Positions 10,133 through 20,100 of a stretch of 64,000 nt of DNA are shown here, piece by piece. Within the stretch, counting starts at the first letter, position 1. Each line of letters starts with the position of its first letter. Source of the stretch: a virus. Lineage: Duplodnaviria > Caudoviricetes. The notes under the pieces are model-generated. The model was given only the letters and a program-made list of their open reading frames with translations. It did no database searches and was not told where the DNA came from. The position numbers and the translations under genes were made by a program. Location of the stretch: the IMG/VR virus record IMGVR_UViG_3300021387_001337, positions 6,483 through 70,482 of that record. One strand, given 5' to 3'.

Positions 10133-10360
10133 ATGGTAGTAATGTTTAAGATGACTCCTGAGAAAAAGGAGAAGTATGTTAAGAAGCTGGAGAAGATGTC
10201 TGAATTCATAGATGAGTTCAAGGAGTGCTTGGAGGATTCTGATGAAATGGATTATGATGAGGATTGGGAAGAAGAAAATCCTCAGTTCAAGAATGCTATG
10301 CGCAGAGCCATGAAGTCAATGATGAAGAGTCGCTACAGCAGGAGAGGTGAAAGTTATTAA
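10133..10360 (+). CDS. Small acidic/basic hypothetical protein
   Basis: Start refined to ATG 10133 (MVVMFKMTPEKK). Confidence 0.65.
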   Translation: MVVMFKMTPEKKEKYVKKLEKMSEFIDEFKECLEDSDEMDYDEDWEEENPQFKNAMRRAMKSMMKSRYSRRGESY

Positions 10361-10373
10361 TGTTTAATCGAGG

Positions 10374-10410
10374 AGGGCAGCAGGCAAATATAACTTGCTG
10401 CCTTTCTTTT
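10374..10410 (+). terminator. Intra-operon terminator/attenuator hairpin
   Basis: AGGGCAGCAGG-loop-CTTGCTGCCTT followed by TCTTTT. Confidence 0.65.
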
Positions 10411-10425
10411 AAAAGGAGAAATAAT

Positions 10426-10842
10426 ATGTATAACAAGGATATGGGTAGTTATGACGAGATTCCTGAAGGCATGATGTATTATATCAATAACTATGGATGT
10501 CACTTCAACAAGAAGCTATGTGATTGGGCTGTCAGTCAGATGTATAAGGACAATAATGGTAAGAAAGAATACATTAAGCCATACACTAAGGATCAGGTTA
10601 ATGCTATGATGGCCAGCTATGGTATCAAGGTTGAAAGAAATAAGATGTATGATGCAGTATATGTAGCTAATATGTGTGCTGCTGATTTCTTAGGAAAGTC
10701 TGTTCCTGATGAAAGACATCTTATCATGTATGTTAAAGACCTTCTGGACGATGCTGATGCAGAAGAGGGATTTATATTTAACAGATTCTATGCGGACTGT
10801 ATGTTCATGGATAATCCCGTAGAGTGGGAGGATATGGTATGA
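10426..10842 (+). CDS. Hypothetical protein
   Basis: Start refined to ATG 10426 (MYNKDMGSY), downstream of the hairpin. Confidence 0.7.
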   Translation: MYNKDMGSYDEIPEGMMYYINNYGCHFNKKLCDWAVSQMYKDNNGKKEYIKPYTKDQVNAMMASYGIKVERNKMYDAVYVANMCAADFLGKSVPDERHLIMYVKDLLDDADAEEGFIFNRFYADCMFMDNPVEWEDMV

Positions 10843-11249
10843 GGACTAGATTTTTTGAAATAGGAGACAATGACTGGGGAATTTTACTATGCTGGGATTA
10901 TGATAGCAGGGACTATGATGATATGTATGCCATTATGGATAACTTTGGGTTGGAGGAAAAAGAAATAACAGAATCTTTTAAAATACTCCGTAAGCCTGAT
11001 ACTGGTATGACAATACCTGACTTTAGCAGTCAGATGTCTGTAATATTTATCAGTAAGACAACTTCAGAAGAAGAATGGCTTGATACCCTGTTCCATGAGT
11101 TAAAACATGTAGTAGAGCATATCAGTTTATTCTATAGAGTTGATCCTCAAAGTGAACCTGCTGCTTATCTTCAAGGAGAAATAGGAAGACAATTGTTTCC
11201 TGTCATTATGACAAGACTTTGCAGAAAAGGCAGCCATTATACTAATTAG
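10839..11249 (+). CDS. Small HExxH zincin-like protein
   Basis: LFHELKHVVEH...SEPAAYLQGEI; ATGA-coupled to the previous gene. Confidence 0.65.
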   Translation: MRTRFFEIGDNDWGILLCWDYDSRDYDDMYAIMDNFGLEEKEITESFKILRKPDTGMTIPDFSSQMSVIFISKTTSEEEWLDTLFHELKHVVEHISLFYRVDPQSEPAAYLQGEIGRQLFPVIMTRLCRKGSHYTN

Positions 11250-11286
11250 AGTCTTAATTAGATGTACTTACTCAAAAAATATAGTG

Positions 11287-11318
11287 TGTGAACAAATACA
11301 CTATATTTTTTATTTTTG
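11287..11318 (+). promoter_or_regulatory. Putative promoter for tail-associated genes
   Basis: TGTG, 20 nt spacer, TATTTTTG. Confidence 0.5.
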
Positions 11319-11336
11319 CATAAAAATCACAGAGAT

Positions 11337-12185
11337 ATGATAGAACAAGAGAAACATATAGGAGAGTCCCAAATGAAGGACAAGCCTATTAAGCCTTTAG
11401 GCTTTAAGCTAAAAGACAAATCAGTTAAAAAGGATCACCTCTCAGATGAATTGTTGCATGAGCTTGAGAGAATCAATGACCTTCAGAATCAGATAGACAC
11501 CTTGGAAACAAGTGGAATGGCAATCAGCAATCTCTTTGGTGATGATGAGCATATAGGTATATCACAGAAGACTCTTACTGATGCATTCAATAAGATATGG
11601 GCTAAGATTGATGAGATGACAGGAGAGCATAACACAGGTATCAGTCTTGTTATATCTCCAGAATACTTTGTAGGAGAGAGTGGGGTAGATGTTCATGTAA
11701 CAGCCTCTTCACAGGGTACAGGAGGAAAGTTTGATGCTATTGCCCTTTATCTTAACGGTGAACTCATTATTTCACAAGAAAATGTGGAGACACTGGAGTA
11801 TGATTTTCATATTGATGAAACATCCACATTGAAATGTGTTGCTAAGATTCTTGGAGTTCCTTATACAGAGGAGAGGAACATCACACACTATCATGCTTTC
11901 TGGTTAGGAGGTGGTAATACTGCATCTGATGTAATGATTCAGGCAAACCTTATTCCTATCACCCACGGAATGAAAGGAAGCTATAATATTTCATTATCAC
12001 AGGGAGACCATATTATCATTGTGGTTGACTCTACTTTGAGAGAAGGACTCAGACGTGCAGATATGAGTGGCTTTGAGATACCATTCAGTGAAACTACGCA
12101 GACTATTGACGGTACAGAGTATAAGATATTTACAAGTCTTAATACCTATAACGTAGGAACATATAATATAGATATAAACAGCTAA
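11337..12185 (+). CDS. Putative tail/structural protein (beta-rich C-terminal part)
   Basis: Start refined to ATG 11337; beta-strand-like pattern; lies upstream of the tail fibre. Confidence 0.5.
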   Translation: MIEQEKHIGESQMKDKPIKPLGFKLKDKSVKKDHLSDELLHELERINDLQNQIDTLETSGMAISNLFGDDEHIGISQKTLTDAFNKIWAKIDEMTGEHNTGISLVISPEYFVGESGVDVHVTASSQGTGGKFDAIALYLNGELIISQENVETLEYDFHIDETSTLKCVAKILGVPYTEERNITHYHAFWLGGGNTASDVMIQANLIPITHGMKGSYNISLSQGDHIIIVVDSTLREGLRRADMSGFEIPFSETTQTIDGTEYKIFTSLNTYNVGTYNIDINS

Positions 12186-12190
12186 AGGAT

Positions 12191-12598
12191 ATGACTCAGA
12201 ATATTAACGCTACAATAAGGGGGAAGCAATCCAATATCCCCTATGAGAAAAAGACAGTTGTCCTCGGTGGCAATATGGTGGGAGGCAAGAATATTCTCAC
12301 GCAGGATATGCTTCTGTCTGAGAATACCAAGTATATTATAAAGTGGACATTTGACCTTAACACAAATACAATCACCATGCCTGTTGGTTCAGCACTGGAG
12401 TTTAATGGTGGAAGTATTAACAATGGTACGATTATTATTAATGACACATCAATATACCCCTCATACAGCTCTCTTACAGAAGGCTCAAACCTTACTGTAG
12501 AAGGTAATCCTTCTGCAGGAACTTATAAATTTGAAAATGGCAAACCGTTTTGGCATAATGGTACAGCATGGGTAGACGCAACAGGTACTCCAGTATAA
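12191..12598 (+). CDS. Short tailspike-like protein (beta-helix-like start)
   Basis: NTKYIIKWTFDLNTNTITMPVGSALEFNGGSINNG and a KPFWHNGTAWVDATG end resemble tailspike segments. Confidence 0.5.
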   Translation: MTQNINATIRGKQSNIPYEKKTVVLGGNMVGGKNILTQDMLLSENTKYIIKWTFDLNTNTITMPVGSALEFNGGSINNGTIIINDTSIYPSYSSLTEGSNLTVEGNPSAGTYKFENGKPFWHNGTAWVDATGTPV

Positions 12599-12730
12599 AC
12601 CAAATAATAATATGACATATAAAGAAGAAACTTATGTTCTTGATACTCTCATAGAGATACAAGAAACTATTAGAAGTCAAAAATTTAAATAAAATCTTGA
12701 AATTATCTATAACTTAATAAAATAATTATT

Positions 12731-14824
12731 ATGACAGAAGTAACAACTAATATTCCTGCTAGACTTAAAAATGCTGCTGTTGGTGGTCATGTAGCAGGTG
12801 TAGAAGATATTGTTGATGATGTTAGTGGTAAGACTCAAGCAGAAATTAATACTGATATTAATTCAACGCTCACAACTCATCAAAATGAGATAAATACACT
12901 AAATAGTCAGAATTATGAGTCTGTAACAGCTACAGAGCAGACCACTGCTGCAACAGACGTGCTTCCTGCCACTGGTGAGGCTGATACCATCTACAGAGTT
13001 GGTTCTTGGGATGGTGCACAATATGATGCCACCTGCTACAGTGAATATGCCTGGAAAGGTGATGCTTATATTCATCTGTCTACCAAGCCACAGATAGGCG
13101 AGGTGTTTGATATTTCTGCCTACCGTGCTACTGGTGGTACACTGGCAAAGTACGCTGACTTATCAGCTGCTCTTGACGGTGGAAACAATATTCCGTCAGC
13201 ACTCCGCAAGGGTGGAATGTCAGTCAAGTTCATTCAAGGTTCTGCACAGAGTTCTGACAATAAGTATGTACAATATAGATTGATGTCTGATACGTTTAAT
13301 ACTAATCCTGCTAATTGGCAAGGTGTTGATGATGTGCCTACTGCTGGAAGTGATAATCTGGTTAAGAGTGGAGGAGTGTATACACCAATATTTGGAGGGG
13401 TTGTAGAGTATGTATCTTACATTACAGGTTTTTATAGCGACACTTCTTTGAATATTATTTCGGCTGATGCGTTTAGAATTAATAAATACAGAATTAGTGG
13501 AACGAGAATACACGTCAAGTCAAGGACATTGTCAAATATGTATTGCGCATGGTTTGATAACTCTGATAATGTAATAGGAACTCCATTTGCTGGTAATAGT
13601 GGAAGCGGTTATAGTTTTGATGAGGATCTTGATATACCCAATGGGGCTGAATATATCAGCATTTCTCATGTTGTTGATGACGGATACACTTGCACTGTGA
13701 CGTCTTTAGATACAGGGATAAAAGGAACAGTTGAACAGATTGAAAAAACCTTGTACAGTAAACTGAAACTATCATCTATAGAGGATAGTGCTTTCTATTC
13801 ATCCCCAACAGGAGATAAAAACACCTCTATCGCAGATTTTAGCATTGCACATTATGACATTATTGAATCTATAAGTACCATTCATATCAAGGGACGTACT
13901 ATACCTTCTACGTATATATTGTTTTTTGATAAAAATGACACAATTCTTTCTTATACAGAAGGAAATTCTGGAAGTGGTATAAACACAGACGATGATTATA
14001 CAGTTCCTTCAGGTTGTACTCATTTCGGTATTAGTTATGTAAACATATATGAATTAATTGTTTCTACCCCAGAAAATGACGGCATTGTTGGTAAGGTAGA
14101 AGAAATTGATAAAAAGGTAGAAGAAATTGATAAAGTAGTAAATCCTGATTACTATTCTACAAAAAAATTTGGTCTTATAGGTGACAGTATTGCTGCTAAT
14201 GGTGGCTTTATTGCAAAGGCTGCTGATATATTAGGTTTTACTTATAAAAACGTTGCTATTGGAGGGTGGATGCTTGGTGATAAAGAAGGTGTATCTGTAT
14301 ATAAGCAAGTAAATGGAGTGGCTCCTGCAAATGTTGGATTAGATGGTGATGAAGACATGGTAATAATCTTTGCCGGTACTAATGACTTTGGGCACGCATT
14401 GACTATTGGAGAACCTTATATTGTGGATGCGGATGGTCACAGGTCTGCTAATCAAGACGACTTGACAACCTGTGGTGGCCTTGAAAAAACAATCCAAACG
14501 TTATATACTAAATATAATGGCTACATTCCGATTATAATTTGCTTGCCACTACAGCGTAGTCTTGAAGGAACTTACTCATCTGGAGGGTCCTGGGATAAAA
14601 ACGACATTGATAAATACATGGATGATTATGCTGATGGAATTAAAGCAGTGGCTCAATATTATGGGATACCTGTTTGTGATTTCTATAATATCAACATGAA
14701 TCCAAACATCCCTGCTGCAAATACTAAATACTTTAGTGACGGACTTCATCCAAATACAGCCGGTCATAATCTTATGGGTAGATGGTTGGCTAAATTCATT
14801 GAAGCACACGCATTTGATGTTTAA
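12731..14824 (+). CDS. Tail fibre/receptor-binding protein with C-terminal SGNH/GDSL esterase
   Basis: SGNH blocks LIGDSI, AIGG, FAGTNDFG and DGLHP; two internal GNSGSG-containing repeats. Confidence 0.8.
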   Translation: MTEVTTNIPARLKNAAVGGHVAGVEDIVDDVSGKTQAEINTDINSTLTTHQNEINTLNSQNYESVTATEQTTAATDVLPATGEADTIYRVGSWDGAQYDATCYSEYAWKGDAYIHLSTKPQIGEVFDISAYRATGGTLAKYADLSAALDGGNNIPSALRKGGMSVKFIQGSAQSSDNKYVQYRLMSDTFNTNPANWQGVDDVPTAGSDNLVKSGGVYTPIFGGVVEYVSYITGFYSDTSLNIISADAFRINKYRISGTRIHVKSRTLSNMYCAWFDNSDNVIGTPFAGNSGSGYSFDEDLDIPNGAEYISISHVVDDGYTCTVTSLDTGIKGTVEQIEKTLYSKLKLSSIEDSAFYSSPTGDKNTSIADFSIAHYDIIESISTIHIKGRTIPSTYILFFDKNDTILSYTEGNSGSGINTDDDYTVPSGCTHFGISYVNIYELIVSTPENDGIVGKVEEIDKKVEEIDKVVNPDYYSTKKFGLIGDSIAANGGFIAKAADILGFTYKNVAIGGWMLGDKEGVSVYKQVNGVAPANVGLDGDEDMVIIFAGTNDFGHALTIGEPYIVDADGHRSANQDDLTTCGGLEKTIQTLYTKYNGYIPIIICLPLQRSLEGTYSSGGSWDKNDIDKYMDDYADGIKAVAQYYGIPVCDFYNINMNPNIPAANTKYFSDGLHPNTAGHNLMGRWLAKFIEAHAFDV
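14093..14134 (+). repeat. Perfect 21 nt tandem duplication (KVEEIDK x2)
   Basis: AAGGTAGAAGAAATTGATAAA repeated at 14093 and 14114. Confidence 0.9.
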
Positions 14825-14851
14825 CATAGTTATTGTAATAAGTAGGTACAT

Positions 14852-14878
14852 AAGGCAGTCACTTCGGTGGCTGTCTTT
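14852..14878 (+). terminator. Intrinsic terminator with UUCG tetraloop
   Basis: AAGGCAGTCAC-TTCG-GTGGCTGTCTTT. Confidence 0.8.
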
Positions 14879-14956
14879 AATCAAAGAAATCCCACTCTTT
14901 ATAGGTGGGATTTTTATTTGCTACTCTTTTAAAATCAACAACTTACCCTCATCATT

Positions 14957-14995
14957 GGCATTGTTTTCATTCTATCTATATTATAACTAACTTTG
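14957..14995 (+). promoter_or_regulatory. Promoter sharing an extended motif with 8167-8205
   Basis: GGCATTGTTT-N20-CTAACTTTG. Confidence 0.65.
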
Positions 14996-15021
14996 TAGTG
15001 CAATAATAAACAATATTAGAT

Positions 15022-15390
15022 ATGAAAACAACAGAAGAATTAAAGCAAGAGCAGTATGATGCCAAAGCTAAGTTACATGAGTTAATAGAACTCATTAACA
15101 GTAAAGAATACTATTCTCTTAGTCAGTCTGAAAAGAATATTATAGGACAAAGAAGAATTGCTATTGAGCTATATCTTAACTCTCTTACTAAAAACATCTA
15201 TGACAAGGAAGGTAGTACTTTTGATTTAAGTGGTGCTATGTGGCCATTAATGATGAGTAGTATGTTTTCTGGCAGTTCCTTTGGATCTTCCTCTGGTACT
15301 GAGTATCTAAAGAAAAAACTTGAAGAGGAAGGACATAAGACTGAGACAGATGATAGTCAGGAGGAATCTGTTTATGCAGTACCAGTATGA
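15022..15390 (+). CDS. Hypothetical protein
   Basis: ORF directly downstream of a promoter. Confidence 0.7.
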   Translation: MKTTEELKQEQYDAKAKLHELIELINSKEYYSLSQSEKNIIGQRRIAIELYLNSLTKNIYDKEGSTFDLSGAMWPLMMSSMFSGSSFGSSSGTEYLKKKLEEEGHKTETDDSQEESVYAVPV

Positions 15391-15524
15391 AACAAGATGC
15401 AATAATAAATCAGTTGGCTAGAATCTCTGGTAGATCCAGGAAACAGGTAATAGAGGTTCTTAAAAAGATGTCTCAGATGCCTGAAGTACAAAAGGAAATT
15501 AGAAACTATTCTAAGAAATCCTAA
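15387..15524 (+). CDS. 45 aa basic helical protein (not in the ORF track)
   Basis: MKQDAIINQLARISGRSRKQVIEVLKKMSQ...; ATGA overlap with the upstream stop. Confidence 0.55.
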   Translation: MKQDAIINQLARISGRSRKQVIEVLKKMSQMPEVQKEIRNYSKKS

Positions 15525-15598
15525 AGGTTTCTGTAAGTCTTAAAGGAATCAAATGTATCTATTCTATCTTTGCAGTACAATGTCAAAGAAGAGTAGAT

Positions 15599-15880
15599 AT
15601 GTTTGATTTTAAGAAGTTAGTAGTGAAGTATCTCAGAGAGGTAGCTGATAAGATAGACGCAGGAACTTCTGAGATAGGAGAGACTGAAGCTATGGATATT
15701 CTCAAAGTAATAGCACACAGACCTATGAGCAAGGAACAGGCTTGTAACTATCTTAATCTTTCTAGAAGCAGGTTTGATGACCTTGTAAGAGAAGGCAGAA
15801 TACCTAAAGGCAGGAAGAGAGTAGGATTAAAGGAGCTCTCATGGTGGGAGGATGAACTGGAAATGTGTAAAAGAAAATAA
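15599..15880 (+). CDS. AlpA/excisionase-like HTH DNA-binding protein
   Basis: MSKEQACNYLNLSRSRFDDLVREGRIPKG; TATCTTTG element at 15565-15572. Confidence 0.75.
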   Translation: MFDFKKLVVKYLREVADKIDAGTSEIGETEAMDILKVIAHRPMSKEQACNYLNLSRSRFDDLVREGRIPKGRKRVGLKELSWWEDELEMCKRK

Positions 15881-15891
15881 TTTCTCATGTA

Positions 15892-15923
15892 TTTGGTAAT
15901 TTGAAATATAATGATTAATTTTG
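15892..15923 (+). promoter_or_regulatory. Bacteroidota promoter
   Basis: TTTG 15892-15895, 20 nt spacer, TAATTTTG 15916-15923. Confidence 0.7.
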
Positions 15924-15963
15924 CAGAAAAATATGAAGACAACAACAAAGAAGGCTAATTGCT

Positions 15964-16428
15964 ATGCAAGAGGTGGAAGAGTTAAGGCAAACACAATTAA
16001 GGCAGGAGTTACCAAGAATAGAAGCAGAAGATACTCCTGTGGAGGAAAGCTTAAGACTAAGTAACTACCATCAGAGTAAACTATTCTTAGGTTTCCTCAA
16101 AATACTTCCAATGCTTATGGCAGCAATGTATTTAGGCAATACTGTACTGTCATATTTTAATGTGGAAAGTAGGGTTTTCTCCTACATGTCTAGTTTAGGA
16201 ATCATTCCTTGGGCTTTTATAGTGTTTGCTTCCTACAGGCTGCGGTTTTGTGAGTACCATAGAATGTTTCTTTGGTATATATTAGTAAACAATTTATTAT
16301 GCTGGGTAGATGAAGAGTACACGTTACCTATAGACAATTGGAACTACTTTATTCTACACATAAGTATAGCAGGATTATTCTTGTTTTTAGTACTGTATTT
16401 TCATCAGAAGTGCAGGAAAAAATCTTAA
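15964..16428 (+). CDS. Multi-pass membrane protein
   Basis: About four hydrophobic segments in the C-terminal two thirds. Confidence 0.7.
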   Translation: MQEVEELRQTQLRQELPRIEAEDTPVEESLRLSNYHQSKLFLGFLKILPMLMAAMYLGNTVLSYFNVESRVFSYMSSLGIIPWAFIVFASYRLRFCEYHRMFLWYILVNNLLCWVDEEYTLPIDNWNYFILHISIAGLFLFLVLYFHQKCRKKS

Positions 16429-16510
16429 AGAACTCTAAAAGATAAAGCCAGAGATAGTACTCTGGCTATTTTTATACTATATTTGCAGAAACTAAAAATA
16501 AATACAAGCT

Positions 16511-17095
16511 ATGGGCAAATACAAGGGAGAATTGAATTGGTATTGGAGCAAACGGGTATATGTTTACCCTTTTAAGGATTTACTACAAGATTTTAGTTGG
16601 TCAGAATGGAGGAATATCAATGACTCTGAATTTGAAAGTAGGCTAGATAAATATAATGAAGTTGAAGCAATAGGGTTAAAACTAGTCACAGGCAAGAAAG
16701 GTGTCTGTGGCATAGGCATCAGAAGAAGCACTGATGTTCGGCATTCACTATCTGTAGTGCAAACTTCTTTAAGCCTGTTGGGACTTTCAAAGGACTATGA
16801 TTGGATTATACAGACTCCTCATGAGTATATTATCATTATTGACGCTGTAGATGGGTTTAACAATAAAGACCAGAAAGTTTTTGAGAATATTAGGATTTAC
16901 TGGGAAACATCTATCCAGGCCCCAATAAGAGGATTCCCAGCAGCCTATCCAGTACAGTTTATTGGGTTCAATCCTCAAAACCACCCAAAGCAGAGTTCAA
17001 AAAAGAGTATCTATTATTGTATTGGCCAATTGACTGGGAAGACAGATATAGTCTTTTCAAAGAAAAAACCTTGGTGGAAAAGGTTATTCTGCTAA
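16511..17095 (+). CDS. Hypothetical protein with basic amphipathic C-terminus (KKPWWKRLF)
   Basis: ORF preceded by TATATTTG at 16478-16485. Confidence 0.65.
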   Translation: MGKYKGELNWYWSKRVYVYPFKDLLQDFSWSEWRNINDSEFESRLDKYNEVEAIGLKLVTGKKGVCGIGIRRSTDVRHSLSVVQTSLSLLGLSKDYDWIIQTPHEYIIIIDAVDGFNNKDQKVFENIRIYWETSIQAPIRGFPAAYPVQFIGFNPQNHPKQSSKKSIYYCIGQLTGKTDIVFSKKKPWWKRLFC

Positions 17096-17104
17096 AGTAA
17101 CAAT

Positions 17105-17143
17105 AAAAAGAAAAGGAGAAGGAGGAATTACTCCACCTTCTCC
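17105..17143 (-). terminator. Terminator for the large virion genes at the strand-convergence point
   Basis: Minus strand reads GGAGAAGGTGGAG-TAAT-TCCTCCTTCTCC-TTTTCTTTTT. Confidence 0.8.
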
Positions 17144-17167
17144 CAAACAACATCAACTTAACAGGTA

Positions 17168-20100
17168 TTACCTAGTTCTTAGCTTTCTACCAAACTCATA
17201 GTTATCAGCGGCCTCATAAGGGTGTTCTATAGCCCACCATGATTTCCAATAAGGCACAACTCTTTCAAGATGCTTCTCAAACTTTGAGTCATACTTTTCA
17301 TACTTGCCATTTTTGTCATCTTGTTGATAGAAAAAGTCTTTATCTGTCTCTTCTCCTATAGCAACACCAATACCTTGATATCCTAGTTGTCCAAGATCAT
17401 ACAAAGCACTTACACCAACAGGCACAAAATCGAGTAATTGTCCTGATTGCATGAAGGTTTCTGGAATATAAAGTAAGGCTTCCTGCTCTAAAAGAGTTCT
17501 CATAGCAAAATAATATACTAAACCTGTAGTTTGGTCTATCTCTTTATCATCATCATCTCCACCACCTCTTGCAGTAGCTAATCTGAGAGCTAACAAAAGT
17601 CCCATTAAGAAAGCTGAAGCAGCCATACGTCTAGCATTCATATTCTGTTCTTCAGAGAAACCTGCATCTTGCATAGCTTTCATAGACCTCTTAGACCAAG
17701 GAGCCATCATACTGATGAGCATGTCCCAAAAGCTTAAGGCATTCTTATTACCAAACATTCCTGATACCCAAGATGCATGAACCTTTAAAGCAGTATTGAC
17801 AAAGCCTTCTACATTCCTGTCAAGGGCTACACTATAGTGATTGTTGGAATACATCATTTCCAAATAACCCAAAGCCCAACCCTTCATAGCTAAGAATGCA
17901 TTAGTGTACCATTGCTGATGCCATGCAGTTTTGTCTTGCTCATTGTAGATACCATGAAGCCTGTTATTAGTCTCACGACACTTATCCATATAAGCAGACT
18001 CATCAGATTTAGTCCAAATGATATTATAGATGTCATCTTTGACTGTCTGAAGAATGTCATTATAATTGCCTGTACCAACACCCCTATACCTCAGATACTG
18101 TTGCTCTGCTGAATCAAACGTAGGAACTGCCGTCAATGGACTTGCAGAGGAGAGATAGTCTTCTGTTTTCTGAAGGATACTAGAGAGGATATTGTACTTA
18201 TATGCTCTGAACTGCATGATTTGCTTATCAGTCAAAGCATTGTACTGGTCCCTATAAGCATTATACTCATCAACATGATCCTTTTTATAGGTCTCATCAG
18301 CAAACTGTTCATCTTGATATACTAGCCAATCCTCAAAGTCAACAGTTGATTTAGTGACAGGTTTGAGGAATACTCCCTTGTCATTGAGTACATCAGAGGT
18401 AATCTCAGAAGCACTCAATGGATTAAATTTAGTAAATTCAAGAGTATATCCTTTAGTTACCCCAGAATCATCTTTATTAGGAGTTTGTTTATAGGCATCC
18501 CATAGATTACCCTCTGCGTTACCATAAACATCATACAAAGTAGTACCGTGTGCCACGGCCAAATAACTCATTGCCTGCATGTAGTGATCCCCTGAGGAGT
18601 AGGGCAAATATCCTAAACATCTATAGAAATTATTTAATTTTGACCTTGAAGTTTTCCAGTTTCTAAACCTTTCCCTATTATTGCTGGATGTATTCATCTC
18701 CTGCAAGAACAAGTGCAGTTTATCATCTTGTCTAAGATTTCCTGGCGTCCAAAGTTGAGGAAGATGCTGGAAGTAATACTTATGAGCATAAGCCCAATCT
18801 TTTGCAGTGAAGTAATCACCTGTAACAGCTTCTTTGAAGATATTATTAAAGCCTGTTAGAGTATTTACTGCACCACCCAACACATTTCCTTTCAAGAACA
18901 ATGTACCACCAAGGGAAGAGATATTCTGAATTACTTTATTAAGAAGGATTCTTCTTCCTTTCCCAATAGGAATTCCCCAATAAGTAGCACTGATACCATA
19001 GACCTGCTTATCCAAGAATTTGATGTATCTACCATAAGCTCTGTTCTTAGAGCCAGTAGCCCTAGTCTCATGTCTTCCTGTCATCTCTCTCCAGGAACTA
19101 CCAACCTTCTTAGAGCCTTTCTCCCAAATAGTTTCCTTACCTTGAATATTCCTATTATACAATGCTTCAGCACCTACCTCAAGACCATCCACTACATTAT
19201 CAAGACACTGATAGGATGTGGCCATTGAAGCATAGGCCAGCATAGAGTGGAATAAGTCAGTAGACAAATCCTGCATATTTTTTAGTTTGTTAATACCAAA
19301 GACTGGAATTCTTGCAGCTCTTTCCTCTTCATAATTCAGTCTAGTGCCAAGCAGTTCCTCATCAGGAGAGTTCATGGAATTAAGATCTCCATAGTCAGTA
19401 TCCTCAGAAGTCTCTACAAAGTTTTCTAGAATTACCCTACGACCAAAAGTCTTTCTCCATGCATTAGCAGTCTTAAAAACTCCTTTCTCAAGAGGTGTAG
19501 AATTTCTGACAGAATTCATAAAAGTTCCCCTAAACTGAGGAAGTCTATATGAAGTAGTAGAACCAACAGGTAACATAGAGTCAAGCTCATACTTAATCTG
19601 CCTATAGTCATAGAGCCATCTTTCCAATGATTCACCATTCTTATCGGGATACTTTGCTTTTACCTTATCCCATTGGTCAGAAGCATAGATAGCATTGGGA
19701 ACCCATTTTACATATAATACTTCATGTGTTACAGGGTCTTTAATTTCCACCTTGATGCTATTATGGGCATTCCAGTCCTTCATCAGGGGCCTGAGATATT
19801 GGTCCCACTTAAATCCTCTGGTAAAGCCAGACATGGTTGACCAATTAGGATTAGCAGTCTTAAAATCTTCCCAAACTTGCTTTTTGAACTCATCCCTTGC
19901 TTTCTCCCATGAACCATAGTGGACAGCAGGAACATAGCCTAACTCTCCCATATAAGTATCATAGATTGCATCTTCTTCCTGATTACCTTCTCTAGTAGGA
20001 GCAGCAGGAGCAGTAATTAAATTACCTGTAGGAATGCCATTTTCATCCTTCTCAACTAAGTCAGATACATCCAAACCAAGTCTTTCGGCTCTTTCCTTCA

